A stretch of 62,845 nucleotides of DNA from Nitrospirota bacterium (lineage in GTDB: Bacteria > Nitrospirota > Thermodesulfovibrionia > Thermodesulfovibrionales > BMS3Bbin05), in the NCBI GenBank assembly GCA_020351835.1, contig CP070669.1:1157682-1220526 (forward strand), read 5' to 3'. The notes beneath the pieces were generated by a model. That model saw nothing but the letters and a program-made list of their open reading frames with translations, was not told the DNA's origin and ran no database searches. A program made the translations under genes and the position numbers. Positions 1-8,942 of this stretch are shown here, piece after piece (within the stretch, counting starts at the first letter, position 1; every line of letters begins with the position of its first letter).

Positions 1-46
1 TGTTTCTATAAATTGAAATATGTCAGGAGTAATCATATAATTAAGG

Positions 47-652
47 ATGGGTGAAAGAGAGCTCTACCAGCCGCTTACAAAGCATGATAAGTTAACGGTT
101 GTTCTGTACAGGACAGGTATAGTACTGACCGCTATACTGCTTTCTGTAATGACGATCGGACTTTATTCCGTAACGGACCTTACGGATGATCGGGGAATTG
201 GGGTCGGATTTGCCTTACTGACAGTAGCGCTTTATATAGCCGTCGGGTTAAGTGTTATGTTCATTCATCTGTATGTAAGCAGGTTTCATACATTCCTTAA
301 GAGACTCTACTACTTATCGGTAGCCGGATTGCTGTCGCTGATATTTATCAGTAAAGGCAGCATGCTTGCGCTGCTGATCGATGCTCCGTATTACTCGTTG
401 ATGTTCCTTCCTCTGGCGGGCTGTCTGGGATTCGTTACTGCAAAAGAGGCTTTCTGCTTCAGATTGAATGAGGGCTAGATGCTTGCGCTTCTTTTGCCAT
501 TCTTTCTGCTGATGATCGCCGGCGGTGCTCTTTCAGTAAGAGAGTTAAGTCTGGGTCTGTCTGTTATTTCAGGCCTCATGGTACTGTTTACCTTTAGAAA
601 GGTCTTTCAGCCCCTGCACTATGATATCGGGGACAAATCAGCATATCAGTAG
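47..652 (+). pseudogene. DUF2301-like multi-pass membrane protein whose frame is interrupted by an in-frame TAG (476-478); 143-aa N-part plus 57-aa C-part
   Basis: ORF 47..478 is hydrophobic and helical and ends ...TAKEAFCFRLNEG at TAG 476-478. The next codon is ATG 479, and the same frame stays open to TAG 650-652 (MLALLLPFFLLMIAGG...FQPLHYDIGDKSAYQ). The family name comes from memory of the KEAFCF-type motif and is not verified. Confidence 0.45.
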
Positions 653-730
653 AAAATCGAGATTATTATTGTTTAATATTGTGTTTTCAACTATAATAGC
701 CGTAATCATCAATGTATGGGAGGTACGTCC

Positions 731-1348
731 ATGAAAAGGATTGTCACGATATCGTTATTCCTGTTTCTTCTGATCTCTAGTCATGCAAGCGCAGATTTTC
801 AGGGTTTTTTGGATGACGTAGATTTCGCCGTAAAAGTGGATTATGTCGCTTTTAATTCTGATATGGAGAACCACAGGGACGTAAGCAATACTATTATGCT
901 CGGGTTAGAGGGATATTACGAGTTCATGGACAATTTATTCGCCGGCGTCGGTATAGGTTATTCCAAGTTCGGCGGGGAGAGGGATTTTTCCGGTGTTCCG
1001 GTATACGCAAAGATAACCTTCGTTCCTATAGAAGCTAACATAAAATACAGCAAAGAGGTAGGCCGTGATATCCATATTGCCGAGAGCATCAATGCAGAGT
1101 TCGGTGTCGGCGCGATGTATTCATTGATCAATGAGGAGTACGACAACGGGCAAAGTCTGGCAAATAATCTTTTAGGGGGGCAGATATTTGCCGAGCTTAA
1201 ACTGATAGGAGAGGTCGTTAACGGCGGCCGGTTCACCGTAGGGTTTACGGGCAAGTATCAGCTCACTGAACAGTTCAAACCATGGGGCCCGGATTTTACT
1301 TATGGTAACTGGCGGATAGGGACATACATGGGTTACATGTTCGAGTAA
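731..1348 (+). CDS. Secreted outer-membrane beta-barrel protein (small porin/OmpA-like barrel)
   Basis: It has a signal peptide (MKRIVTISLFLFLLISSHASA/DF), an alternating beta-strand pattern and an aromatic C-terminus (GTYMGYMFE). The GGGAGG at 718-723 favours ATG 731 over ATG 716. Confidence 0.6.
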   Translation: MKRIVTISLFLFLLISSHASADFQGFLDDVDFAVKVDYVAFNSDMENHRDVSNTIMLGLEGYYEFMDNLFAGVGIGYSKFGGERDFSGVPVYAKITFVPIEANIKYSKEVGRDIHIAESINAEFGVGAMYSLINEEYDNGQSLANNLLGGQIFAELKLIGEVVNGGRFTVGFTGKYQLTEQFKPWGPDFTYGNWRIGTYMGYMFE

Positions 1349-1356
1349 TCATTAGA

Positions 1357-1656
1357 TCACTTATTTGCTTCTGAACGAACCTTAAGCTCTTCTTCGATAT
1401 CTTTCAGCGATATACCTTCCTCAGCCATGAGAACCAGTATATGGTAGTATAGGTCGGCAAGTTCGGCTATGAGTCTTTCAGCGGTCTCTTCCCTGGACGC
1501 ATGGATGACCTCCAAGGCCTCTTCCTCGACCTTACTAAGTATTTCCTCTTTGCCCTTTTCGAACAGACTGCATGTATATGAGCCGGGAACTGGATTGTTC
1601 TTTCTGTCTTTGATCAGATCAAAAAGTTTATCAACTATCTTTTTTTCCATATACAT
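1357..1656 (-). CDS. hisE: Phosphoribosyl-ATP pyrophosphohydrolase
   Basis: [27 protein letters not shown]...[23 protein letters not shown] is a typical HisE sequence. It overlaps hisI by 26 nt. Confidence 0.85.
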   Translation of the reverse strand: MYMEKKIVDKLFDLIKDRKNNPVPGSYTCSLFEKGKEEILSKVEEEALEVIHASREETAERLIAELADLYYHILVLMAEEGISLKDIEEELKVRSEANK

Positions 1657-2008
1657 CCTCTTCGGAGAATGTTTTATCAGAGATATTATTACCGTCTATG
1701 TCACGGTAGAAACAGCTTCTATACCCGGCATGACACGCTCCAGGGCCGTGCTGGACAGCCTTTATGAGCAAAGTATCGGCGTCACAGTCGATCAGTATCT
1801 CCTTTACCTCCTGGACATGGCCGGAGGACTCGCCTTTCTTCCAGAACTTCTTCCGTGACCTTGACCAGAAGTGGGTATAACCGGTTGAAATGGTCTCTTT
1901 GAGAGAGGAATCGTTCATATAAGCCATCATAAGCACCTCACCGGAACCTGCATCCTGGACGATGGCCGGGATAAGGCCATTACCGTCATACTTAATATCA
2001 CTTATCAT
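1631..2008 (-). CDS. hisI: Phosphoribosyl-AMP cyclohydrolase
   Basis: [21 protein letters not shown]...[52 protein letters not shown] matches HisI hallmark motifs. Confidence 0.9.
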   Translation of the reverse strand: MISDIKYDGNGLIPAIVQDAGSGEVLMMAYMNDSSLKETISTGYTHFWSRSRKKFWKKGESSGHVQEVKEILIDCDADTLLIKAVQHGPGACHAGYRSCFYRDIDGNNISDKTFSEEDVYGKKDS

Positions 2009-2120
2009 TATCGGACCCCCTTAATATGCTGATCATTCACGTTATAAAACAATAGAGAACGTTATTGATTATAATATAAGCGGGAGGTTTTGAGCATAGC
2101 GTTACAAACATATTACTCAT

Positions 2121-2429
2121 ATGAAAGAGCAGGGATACACAGATATAATATGTAAGAGATTCTGCAGTTTTTATAGAGAGGGCAAGGAGGGGCTCCTTTG
2201 CGGGACATATATCTATCTCAAAGAAAATTATGAGCCCTCAGAGCTTGAGCAGGCGATCATTGGGATAGGGGCCAGCCCATCACTTGATAATGATGACATC
2301 GTTAGCCGGAGAGCATGCAATGAGTGCGAGTTCCGTATAGACGGATGTGATTTCAGAGACGGCATTGATTCACCTCCCTGCGGGGGTTATATTATAGTCG
2401 AGCACATAGTAAAGAAAGAAGGGAGCTAG
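2121..2429 (+). CDS. Small cysteine-rich hypothetical protein (8 Cys)
   Basis: A 102-aa ORF carries CKRFCSF...LLCG...ACNECEFRIDGCDF...PPCGG. It ends with tandem stops TAG-TAA (2427-2432), 1 nt before the sixA start. No family was recognised. Confidence 0.45.
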   Translation: MKEQGYTDIICKRFCSFYREGKEGLLCGTYIYLKENYEPSELEQAIIGIGASPSLDNDDIVSRRACNECEFRIDGCDFRDGIDSPPCGGYIIVEHIVKKEGS

Positions 2430-2433
2430 TAAA

Positions 2434-2883
2434 TTGAGGTTATACCTCGTTCGCCATGGAGAGGCATTGAGCCAGGATGAAGATCCCGAAAGGGGGCTTT
2501 CAGCAACCGGGATGCATGACATAAACAAGGTAGCATCTCACATGGCTGCCAGGGGTGTCGCGGTCGAGAGCATTTTTCATAGTGGCAAAAAAAGGGCAAG
2601 GCAGACGGCTGAGATCATAGCAGGTGCAATAGATGTTAAAAAGGACGTTTTTGAGGCTGCCGGATTAAGACCGGAGGATGACCCGTCGATCTGGGCAGGG
2701 AAATTGAGTGGTATGGAAAAGGACGTAATGCTTGTTGGACACCTCCCCCACCTTGGAGCCCTTGCAACCAGATTGACCGGTGTAAGGGGCCTGACACTTG
2801 GAACAGGACAGGCTATATGTATCATGCTTGGTAAGGATGGGTCAGGGTCAGTTAAATGGACGGTAGCGCCGCAGGGCATTTAG
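2434..2883 (+). CDS. sixA: Phosphohistidine phosphatase SixA (histidine phosphatase superfamily)
   Basis: MRLYLVRHGEA (RHG catalytic motif), GKKRARQTAEII and LVGHLPHL are present. The start is TTG, with a GGGAG SD 8 nt upstream. Confidence 0.8.
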   Translation: MRLYLVRHGEALSQDEDPERGLSATGMHDINKVASHMAARGVAVESIFHSGKKRARQTAEIIAGAIDVKKDVFEAAGLRPEDDPSIWAGKLSGMEKDVMLVGHLPHLGALATRLTGVRGLTLGTGQAICIMLGKDGSGSVKWTVAPQGI

Positions 2884-2888
2884 CAGGA

Positions 2889-3827
2889 TCAGTATTCCCG
2901 CCAGTTCATGGGTACCATATTATCCGTAGCATAACTGTTAAGCTTGAAGTATAGTTTTTCTGCCTCTTCAAGCTGCTTTTCTGCGAACCAAAGGACGTTC
3001 TCAAACTCGAACTTTGCACTAAGGCTTTTCCGGTTGTTCGATCGTTCGTTCAAATATACGATATAATCTGCCCAGGCGTTCTTATATGCTGCAAACTCCT
3101 TGAAGCGGTTCCTCCACCATCTCTCGCTGTGTCCACCGGGATGGTCGCCTGCAAACTTCTTGCTCGTGAAAACTATCACATTCTTTTCTGTATCAATATT
3201 TATTGCGTATTTAGTTAGAAAGTCCATGCCGACAAGCCCTTCCCATGCGTCCGACAGAGAATCGGTAACCGTGGCCGGTATAAAGAGGTCCTCGGCACCT
3301 CCTATGTTGATTGAATCTATGATAGTACGCAGGGCAGGGACGGTTCCTCCGATACCAGCCGCCAGTATCACCAGATTCCCATCATCGCCTGTCAGGATAT
3401 CAAGCTTATTTGCCAGTTCCCGGGAAAGGATCAATCCCGGAGACCCTGTATCAACCGCCATCTTCGCCTTTACAGATCCATTTAGAGTAACCGGCACTAT
3501 TATCCTGTCAGCCCGGCCCTCAAATGCCTCATAGGAAACCTCGAACCTGGGTGCTTCATCCTTTTGTGCCTCGGGCCTTTCAGGCGCTGTCTGTGCTGGT
3601 GTACTTTCCGCTTCTTCTAAATTATCCTCCTCTTTTTCTTCGACCTTTTCTATTTCATCGATATCTACCTGGTCAGAATACTCTTCGGGTATATTTGCAG
3701 GCGAATCGGTAAAGTGCATGTTGCCTTTGTCATCGACCCACTTATAAAGCTTGCCCGATTCGGCGAAGGATAGGGATCCGAACATTAAGATGATAATTAT
3801 TGATAATGCAGCTGCCAGCGATCTCAT
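2889..3827 (-). CDS. Secreted retropepsin-like (clan AA) aspartic peptidase with an N-terminal DUF4124-like module
   Basis: It has a signal peptide, then GKLYKWVDDKGNMHFTDSP (DUF4124-like) and an acidic linker. The segment VPVTLNGSVKAKMAVDTGSPGLILS contains the DTG active-site motif. Confidence 0.65.
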   Translation of the reverse strand: MRSLAAALSIIIILMFGSLSFAESGKLYKWVDDKGNMHFTDSPANIPEEYSDQVDIDEIEKVEEKEEDNLEEAESTPAQTAPERPEAQKDEAPRFEVSYEAFEGRADRIIVPVTLNGSVKAKMAVDTGSPGLILSRELANKLDILTGDDGNLVILAAGIGGTVPALRTIIDSINIGGAEDLFIPATVTDSLSDAWEGLVGMDFLTKYAINIDTEKNVIVFTSKKFAGDHPGGHSERWWRNRFKEFAAYKNAWADYIVYLNERSNNRKSLSAKFEFENVLWFAEKQLEEAEKLYFKLNSYATDNMVPMNWREY

Positions 3828-3830
3828 CCG

Positions 3831-4682
3831 CTATGCTCTCCTCAGACAGAGGTCCATAGCCTGCTGTTTTAACTTGGCTGCCTTTGATTCATTGAGAGAA
3901 AGAATGGACCGTATATCGCTTATCTCCATTTCCGAAAGGTCTTTTAATAATACGATATTCTTTGATATCAACGTATCGACAATCCCTCTCTGTATGCCAG
4001 TTATCACTGTGACAGGATACAGGCGCTTATCCTCTATAATCTTTTGCAGGCTGTGATGGTTGGGGTGCTGCCATCCCAGCACTTTGAACCCGTAGCAATC
4101 AGCATATTGAATGGCGTTCTCTGTGCAGCGGGTATTCGTGACAAGCCAGCCGTGGAATTTCTTATCAGGATGCTCAGCCTTGAACTTCGGCTCTATGTCC
4201 CGGAAGCGGGAATGTACGTACATTGCCACCTTAACATCGGTTGTCCTTCCTACGACATTATGGTATTTGCATTCCACGGCGGCAACCTCTCCATCTCTTA
4301 TGCCCAGAACATCTACCTCATGGTCTATGCACTCTCCTTTTATGTAGGTGCCTATTGTGACCTCATAACCGTAGTTCTTCATTATCTCTCCAATATATTT
4401 CTCAAAAGGGTATCCTGTCGGTCCAAGGCGGAAAAGGGCTTTTTTCAACGAATAGCGAAGGCTCGACGCGTGATTGTATTGTTTCAGGTGTTTCTTTGCT
4501 AGCTTGTATATCCTTGAAGTTGAGGTAACCGGCTGTATCTCTAGCAGAACCCTGTCGATCACCTCCTCCGCCGCATCATCACTGGCCCCTGACCTTTTCA
4601 GAGATGCCTTGAGCTTTTCTATGTTAAGGTCCTCAAGTACGCCTGATGCTTTTCTTATCTTGATTGTGGCTTCTGAAGACAT
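3831..4682 (-). CDS. ATP-cone domain fused to a PD-(D/E)xK / Mrr-like restriction-endonuclease-fold domain
   Basis: The N-terminus IKIRKASGVLEDLNIEKLKASLKRSGASDDAAEEVIDRV looks like an ATP-cone. The central HEVDVLGIRDGEVAAVECKYH shows a D...ExK nuclease motif. Confidence 0.6.
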   Translation of the reverse strand: MSSEATIKIRKASGVLEDLNIEKLKASLKRSGASDDAAEEVIDRVLLEIQPVTSTSRIYKLAKKHLKQYNHASSLRYSLKKALFRLGPTGYPFEKYIGEIMKNYGYEVTIGTYIKGECIDHEVDVLGIRDGEVAAVECKYHNVVGRTTDVKVAMYVHSRFRDIEPKFKAEHPDKKFHGWLVTNTRCTENAIQYADCYGFKVLGWQHPNHHSLQKIIEDKRLYPVTVITGIQRGIVDTLISKNIVLLKDLSEMEISDIRSILSLNESKAAKLKQQAMDLCLRRA

Positions 4683-5132
4683 TCAGTTAAGTGGCAGCAA
4701 AAGCAGGTCATCATAAGAAAGTATCTTACTGTTCTTATCCGAAACGAACTTCTCTGCCAGTGCTTTATCCTTAAATGCTATAATTCCCGATCCCGCCGGG
4801 GTAGATATCTCGGTGCTTTTAACATACCAGGCATCGGCGATGGCTATTGCTTCCTCCGTATTATAATCATACACAAGGGCTGAACCATCGAATGCATACT
4901 GGAGGGCAGTGCACTGTCCATCTCGCCATAGAAGAGCATGATGAATGTCGGCAAAGGAAACAGGTTTTGCGCCAGGCTGATTAACAGAGAACTTCAGGTT
5001 CTCTGCCAATATTTCCGCGCCGCAATGAGAGCATGTTGACCTTTCGCCTTCTTCTGCAGATGCCCCCCCGATTAGTAGGAAAGAAATGATAAAAAATATA
5101 GGGACAAAAGTGATTATGCCTTTTCTGCACAT
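4683..5132 (-). CDS. NosL-like secreted protein
   Basis: It has a signal peptide and CSHCGAEI. The C-terminal STPAGSGIIAFKDKALAEKFVSDKNSKILSYDDLL resembles the NosL family C-terminus. It is a paralogue of 5926..6342. Confidence 0.5.
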   Translation of the reverse strand: MCRKGIITFVPIFFIISFLLIGGASAEEGERSTCSHCGAEILAENLKFSVNQPGAKPVSFADIHHALLWRDGQCTALQYAFDGSALVYDYNTEEAIAIADAWYVKSTEISTPAGSGIIAFKDKALAEKFVSDKNSKILSYDDLLLLPLN

Positions 5133-5166
5133 ATATAGCCTCCCCGGTTATTTCTATTAGGTTAAT

Positions 5167-5916
5167 TCAATTTTTTCCATTTTGTAAATCAGCTTCTAAC
5201 CACATGAGGGTCCCGCCTGCAACAGCGGCAGGCATAATTACAAGGTTGACCAGAGGTATCAAAGTGCACAACATTGCCGCCGCCCCGAAGCCCATTGATA
5301 ATCCAAGCTTGCTGCCAGCAGCCTTCCTTACGTCGGCGAACACTGATCCGTGATTCTCCATAGGATACCCTATATACTCCAGCGTGAGCATCCAAGAAGT
5401 AAAGATTATCCAAACAAAGGGGAATATTATGTTAGCCAAAGGCATCACGGAAAGAGAGAGAATTAAGGCGCTAAATAACAGATAGTAGAATATCTTTCGA
5501 ATCTCGTTCAGGACGGATGAAGGTATTTCCGACAGGAACCCTCCCGCATTCGTGCTAACTTCCACCGGCCGGGAAGGCTCTATGTACCTTTCAACCTTCT
5601 CGGATAGGAGAGAATTGAACGGTGAGCCGATGAGGTTGGACACTATCGAGAATGTAAAGAACAATATGAGAAGAGCCGAAAAAGCGAACAGCAGCCATAA
5701 CAGTGTCCTTGCAAGGGCTTCCCACCAGCCTTCGCCTGCCGGCAGTAACCAGTTAAGAAGGTCGTTAAAATAATGGATACCGATCCAGGTAAGCAGGCTA
5801 AAGACTATCACATTTATCATTACAGGCAGGATAGCAAATCTTTTAAGGCCCGGTTTTGTCAGGAGACTGAACCCCCGGAAAAGAAATGACGCGCCTAGAT
5901 ACAGGTCCTTTAACAT
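5167..5916 (-). CDS. cysZ: Sulfate transporter CysZ (EI24/CysZ family)
   Basis: It aligns by eye along its whole length with E. coli CysZ: LLTKPGLKRFAILPVMINVIVF, IGSPFNSLLSEKVE, FTSWMLTLEYIGYPMENHG, LIPLVNLVIMPAAVAGGTLMW. Confidence 0.85.
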   Translation of the reverse strand: MLKDLYLGASFLFRGFSLLTKPGLKRFAILPVMINVIVFSLLTWIGIHYFNDLLNWLLPAGEGWWEALARTLLWLLFAFSALLILFFTFSIVSNLIGSPFNSLLSEKVERYIEPSRPVEVSTNAGGFLSEIPSSVLNEIRKIFYYLLFSALILSLSVMPLANIIFPFVWIIFTSWMLTLEYIGYPMENHGSVFADVRKAAGSKLGLSMGFGAAAMLCTLIPLVNLVIMPAAVAGGTLMWLEADLQNGKN

Positions 5917-5925
5917 CGGATCGGA

Positions 5926-6342
5926 CTATTTAAGATCCAGAAGTTCATCTAACCTGAGTATCTTGCCGCGGCCTTGTTGGGATATGAACTTCTCAGCTGC
6001 CCCCCTGTCCTTAAAGGCGATTATATTGTGCCCACCGGGAGTCTTGGTCGAGGTCCCTGAGACATACGTGGCTTCAGATGCCTCTACCTTCTCTCCAGTA
6101 ATAAAATCCTCAACCTTTGCACCACCGTCGAATGCTGATTGATGAAGGACGCACTGGTCCTTTCTCCACTCGAGAGCACTGCCAATATCAACGAAAGAAT
6201 TCGGCGCATTGGGTTGAGTAACGGCGTAATGTCCTTCTGCTGGATCAAATAACAGTATTGCCTGTTTATCTCCGGACGTCTTGCATGCTGATATAAATGC
6301 TATCAGTGAAATAATAAGAATGAATTTGGATACATAGTTCAT
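5926..6342 (-). CDS. NosL-like lipoprotein
   Basis: It has a lipobox (LIAFISAC). The segment TKTPGGHNIIAFKDRGAAEKFISQQGRGKILRLDELLDL is paralogous to 4683..5132. Confidence 0.5.
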   Translation of the reverse strand: MNYVSKFILIISLIAFISACKTSGDKQAILLFDPAEGHYAVTQPNAPNSFVDIGSALEWRKDQCVLHQSAFDGGAKVEDFITGEKVEASEATYVSGTSTKTPGGHNIIAFKDRGAAEKFISQQGRGKILRLDELLDLK

Positions 6343-6444
6343 GTTAAGGTTCCTTTCGATATGGTGTATCTAGTCTATAATATTTCGATGATCAGTGGCA
6401 AAGCCGGTACTGATGTATAATTAGATCAGAAAAAGGAGAAACGG

Positions 6445-7215
6445 ATGATCGGTGCAATAGCTGGCGATATCTCAGGTTCTGTTTATGAAAGGACACCTAT
6501 AAAGAGCAAGGATTTCCCTTTCTTCTGTGAGCACTCGCGATATACAGATGACACTGTGCTTACCGTCGCAGTTGCTGATGCCATTTTGAACAATGGCGAT
6601 TATGTATCATTTTTAAAAAATTACGCACGGAGATATCCTGATGCCGGATACGGGTATTCCTTTTACTCATGGATGATGTCTGATGAGAACGGGCCGTACA
6701 ACAGCTGGGGGAACGGTTCTGCCATGAGGGTAAGCCCGGTGGGATTCGCTTTCGATACTGAAGTTGAGGTTCTCTCGGAGGCTAAAAGGAGTGCAGCTGT
6801 AACGCACAACCATCCTGAGGGTATCAAGGGCGCGCAGGCTGTCGCACTTTCAATATATATGGCACGAATCGGAGAGGGCAGAACAGTGATAAGGGATGAG
6901 GTTGCTCGTCGGTTCGGTTATGACCTGAACCGGTCATTGAGCAGTATAAGACCCGGTTACGAGTTTGATGTATCATGCGGTGGTTCTGTGCCCGAATCAA
7001 TTATTTCATTCATTGAGTCTGAGGATTATGAGGATTCCGTAAGGAATGCAATCTCGCTCGGTGGGGACAGTGATACGATGGCTTGCATCTCAGGTGGTAT
7101 TGCCCAGGCATATTATGGAGATGTCCCGGATGTTATAAAGGAAGGGGCAACGGAAAGGATCCCACCTGAGTTTATAGCCGTAATTAACAGGTTCGATAAA
7201 AGTTTTTTAAGTTGA
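6445..7215 (+). CDS. ADP-ribosylglycohydrolase family protein
   Basis: GAIAGDISGSVYE, YTDDTVLTVAVADAIL, GNGSAMRVSP and GGDSDTMACISGGIAQAYYG are present. Confidence 0.85.
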   Translation: MIGAIAGDISGSVYERTPIKSKDFPFFCEHSRYTDDTVLTVAVADAILNNGDYVSFLKNYARRYPDAGYGYSFYSWMMSDENGPYNSWGNGSAMRVSPVGFAFDTEVEVLSEAKRSAAVTHNHPEGIKGAQAVALSIYMARIGEGRTVIRDEVARRFGYDLNRSLSSIRPGYEFDVSCGGSVPESIISFIESEDYEDSVRNAISLGGDSDTMACISGGIAQAYYGDVPDVIKEGATERIPPEFIAVINRFDKSFLS

Positions 7216-7237
7216 ACGGTCAGGAGCAAAATGTCGG

Positions 7238-8626
7238 TCACATCTTGATCGTCCCGGGAGCCCTGGGGCATGGAATTACATCTCTGATATTGTGCATGCC
7301 GGTCAGGTACTGAACAAGCCTCTCGAGGCCCAGGCCAAACCCCGCATGCGGCGCCGAGCCATAGCGACGAAGGTCCAGATACCATTGCAGGTTAACTTCG
7401 GACACCCCGGCCTCGACCATTCTATTCCTTAGAATATCCAGTCTTTCCTCGCGCTGGCTTCCTCCGATTATCTCGCCTACACCCGGCACAAGAACGTCCA
7501 TTGCAGCTACGGTCTTACCATCATCATTGGCTCTCATATAGAACGGCTTAATGTTGATCGGGTAGTCCGTTACTATTAAAGGACCCTTAAAAACGATCTC
7601 TGTCAAATAACGCTCATGCTCTGACTGCAGGTCATTACCCCAATGGGCAGGGAATTCGAATTCCTTCTTTGATGCGGCAAGCTCACCAATGGCATCGCTA
7701 TAGGATATCCTCGTGAAGGAGCGTTCTGAAAGAGATCTGATATCGTCGAGAGATATGCCCTTATAATACTTATAAAGAAAATCGATTTCCTTCCCGGCCT
7801 TTGCCGCGACCGTGGAGAACAAATATCTCAGGAGATCTTCGGCCAAAGCAATGATGTCATCAATATCCGCAAATGCCATTTCAGGTTCTACCATCCAGAA
7901 CTCTGAAAGATGGCGAGAGGTGTTCGAGTTCTCTGCCCTGAACGTTGGCCCGAATGTATATACATCACTGAGTGCCATTGCCAGGAACTCTGCCTCAAGC
8001 TGACCGCTGACGGTAAGGTAAGCACGGCGGCCAAAGAAATCATCGGAATAAGTGATGCCCCCTGGCACATCTGTCTTATGGCTGTCCTTAACAGATGTAG
8101 CTACGGAGAAGAGGTCTCCGGCTCCTTCGCAATCACTTGACGTAATAATAGGAGTATGTACCCATAAGAAGCCGCGGTCCTGCAAAAAACGGTGTATTGA
8201 ATCCGAGATCAGGTTGCGTATTCGAAAGACCGCGCCGAACGTGTTGCTCCTTGGTCTCAGGTGTCCTATCTCACGAAGGAACTCCAGGGTATGCCCCTTC
8301 TTCTGAAGAGGGTATTTGTCAGGGTCTGACGTTCCTATCACTTCCAGTTCATATGCATCAAGCTCATACTTTTGCCCCTTGCCGGGGGACTCTTTCAAAA
8401 TACCATGTGATCTGACGGCAGAACCTGTATTACACTTATCAAGCTGTTCATGTGCAGTAGTTCCTTCTGAAACTACCAGTTGAAGCGTATCCTGAGAAGA
8501 TCCGTCACTAAGGACTATAAAAGCAAATCCCTTTGAGACACGCTTTGTCTTTACCCAGCCGTAAACGGTGATCTCGTCACCTGCTTTTCCTTCAGCAAGG
8601 ATCTTATTGATGCGAGCTGTTCTCAT
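7238..8626 (-). CDS. asnS: Asparagine--tRNA ligase
   Basis: Class IIb aaRS motifs are present: FRAENSNTSRHLSEFWMVEPEMAF, GGSQREERLD and GFGLGLERLVQYLTG. Confidence 0.95.
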   Translation of the reverse strand: MRTARINKILAEGKAGDEITVYGWVKTKRVSKGFAFIVLSDGSSQDTLQLVVSEGTTAHEQLDKCNTGSAVRSHGILKESPGKGQKYELDAYELEVIGTSDPDKYPLQKKGHTLEFLREIGHLRPRSNTFGAVFRIRNLISDSIHRFLQDRGFLWVHTPIITSSDCEGAGDLFSVATSVKDSHKTDVPGGITYSDDFFGRRAYLTVSGQLEAEFLAMALSDVYTFGPTFRAENSNTSRHLSEFWMVEPEMAFADIDDIIALAEDLLRYLFSTVAAKAGKEIDFLYKYYKGISLDDIRSLSERSFTRISYSDAIGELAASKKEFEFPAHWGNDLQSEHERYLTEIVFKGPLIVTDYPINIKPFYMRANDDGKTVAAMDVLVPGVGEIIGGSQREERLDILRNRMVEAGVSEVNLQWYLDLRRYGSAPHAGFGLGLERLVQYLTGMHNIRDVIPCPRAPGTIKM

Positions 8627-8852
8627 GGCAATGTAATCATAGGTGTATTGTCTGTTTTATGATAATAAACCCGATATATATATTCAAGGAACAACGGCTT
8701 GATGAATGAACGGTCTCTATATGACAAGAACAAATACATGACAATAGCAACTCTGCTCATTAGAGCCTGATGAAAGATAGCTCAAAGCGATAATGGCAAG
8801 GTTCTTGCTTATCGGGTAATACTGATATGTAATCTTAAACAATAAAAAATCA

Positions 8853-8881
8853 TTGACAACCTATTTGATGTCTGATACGAT
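8853..8881 (+). promoter_or_regulatory. Sigma70-type promoter for the H1-like/SWIB gene
   Basis: TTGACA (8853-8858), a 17-nt spacer, then TACGAT (8876-8881), about 60 nt upstream of ATG 8943. Confidence 0.45.
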
Positions 8882-8942
8882 TTGATTAATAAATTTGCCA
8901 GTATCGCATCTTTCAGATGCTATTAATTTAATGGAGGTGAAG

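Noticed and set aside
1631-1656. The hisI/hisE 26-nt overlap as a frameshifted bifunctional hisIE gene
   Set aside because: Both ORFs look complete. HisE has its own ATG and a full N-terminus, and HisI has a complete C-terminus. Separate hisI and hisE genes are common.
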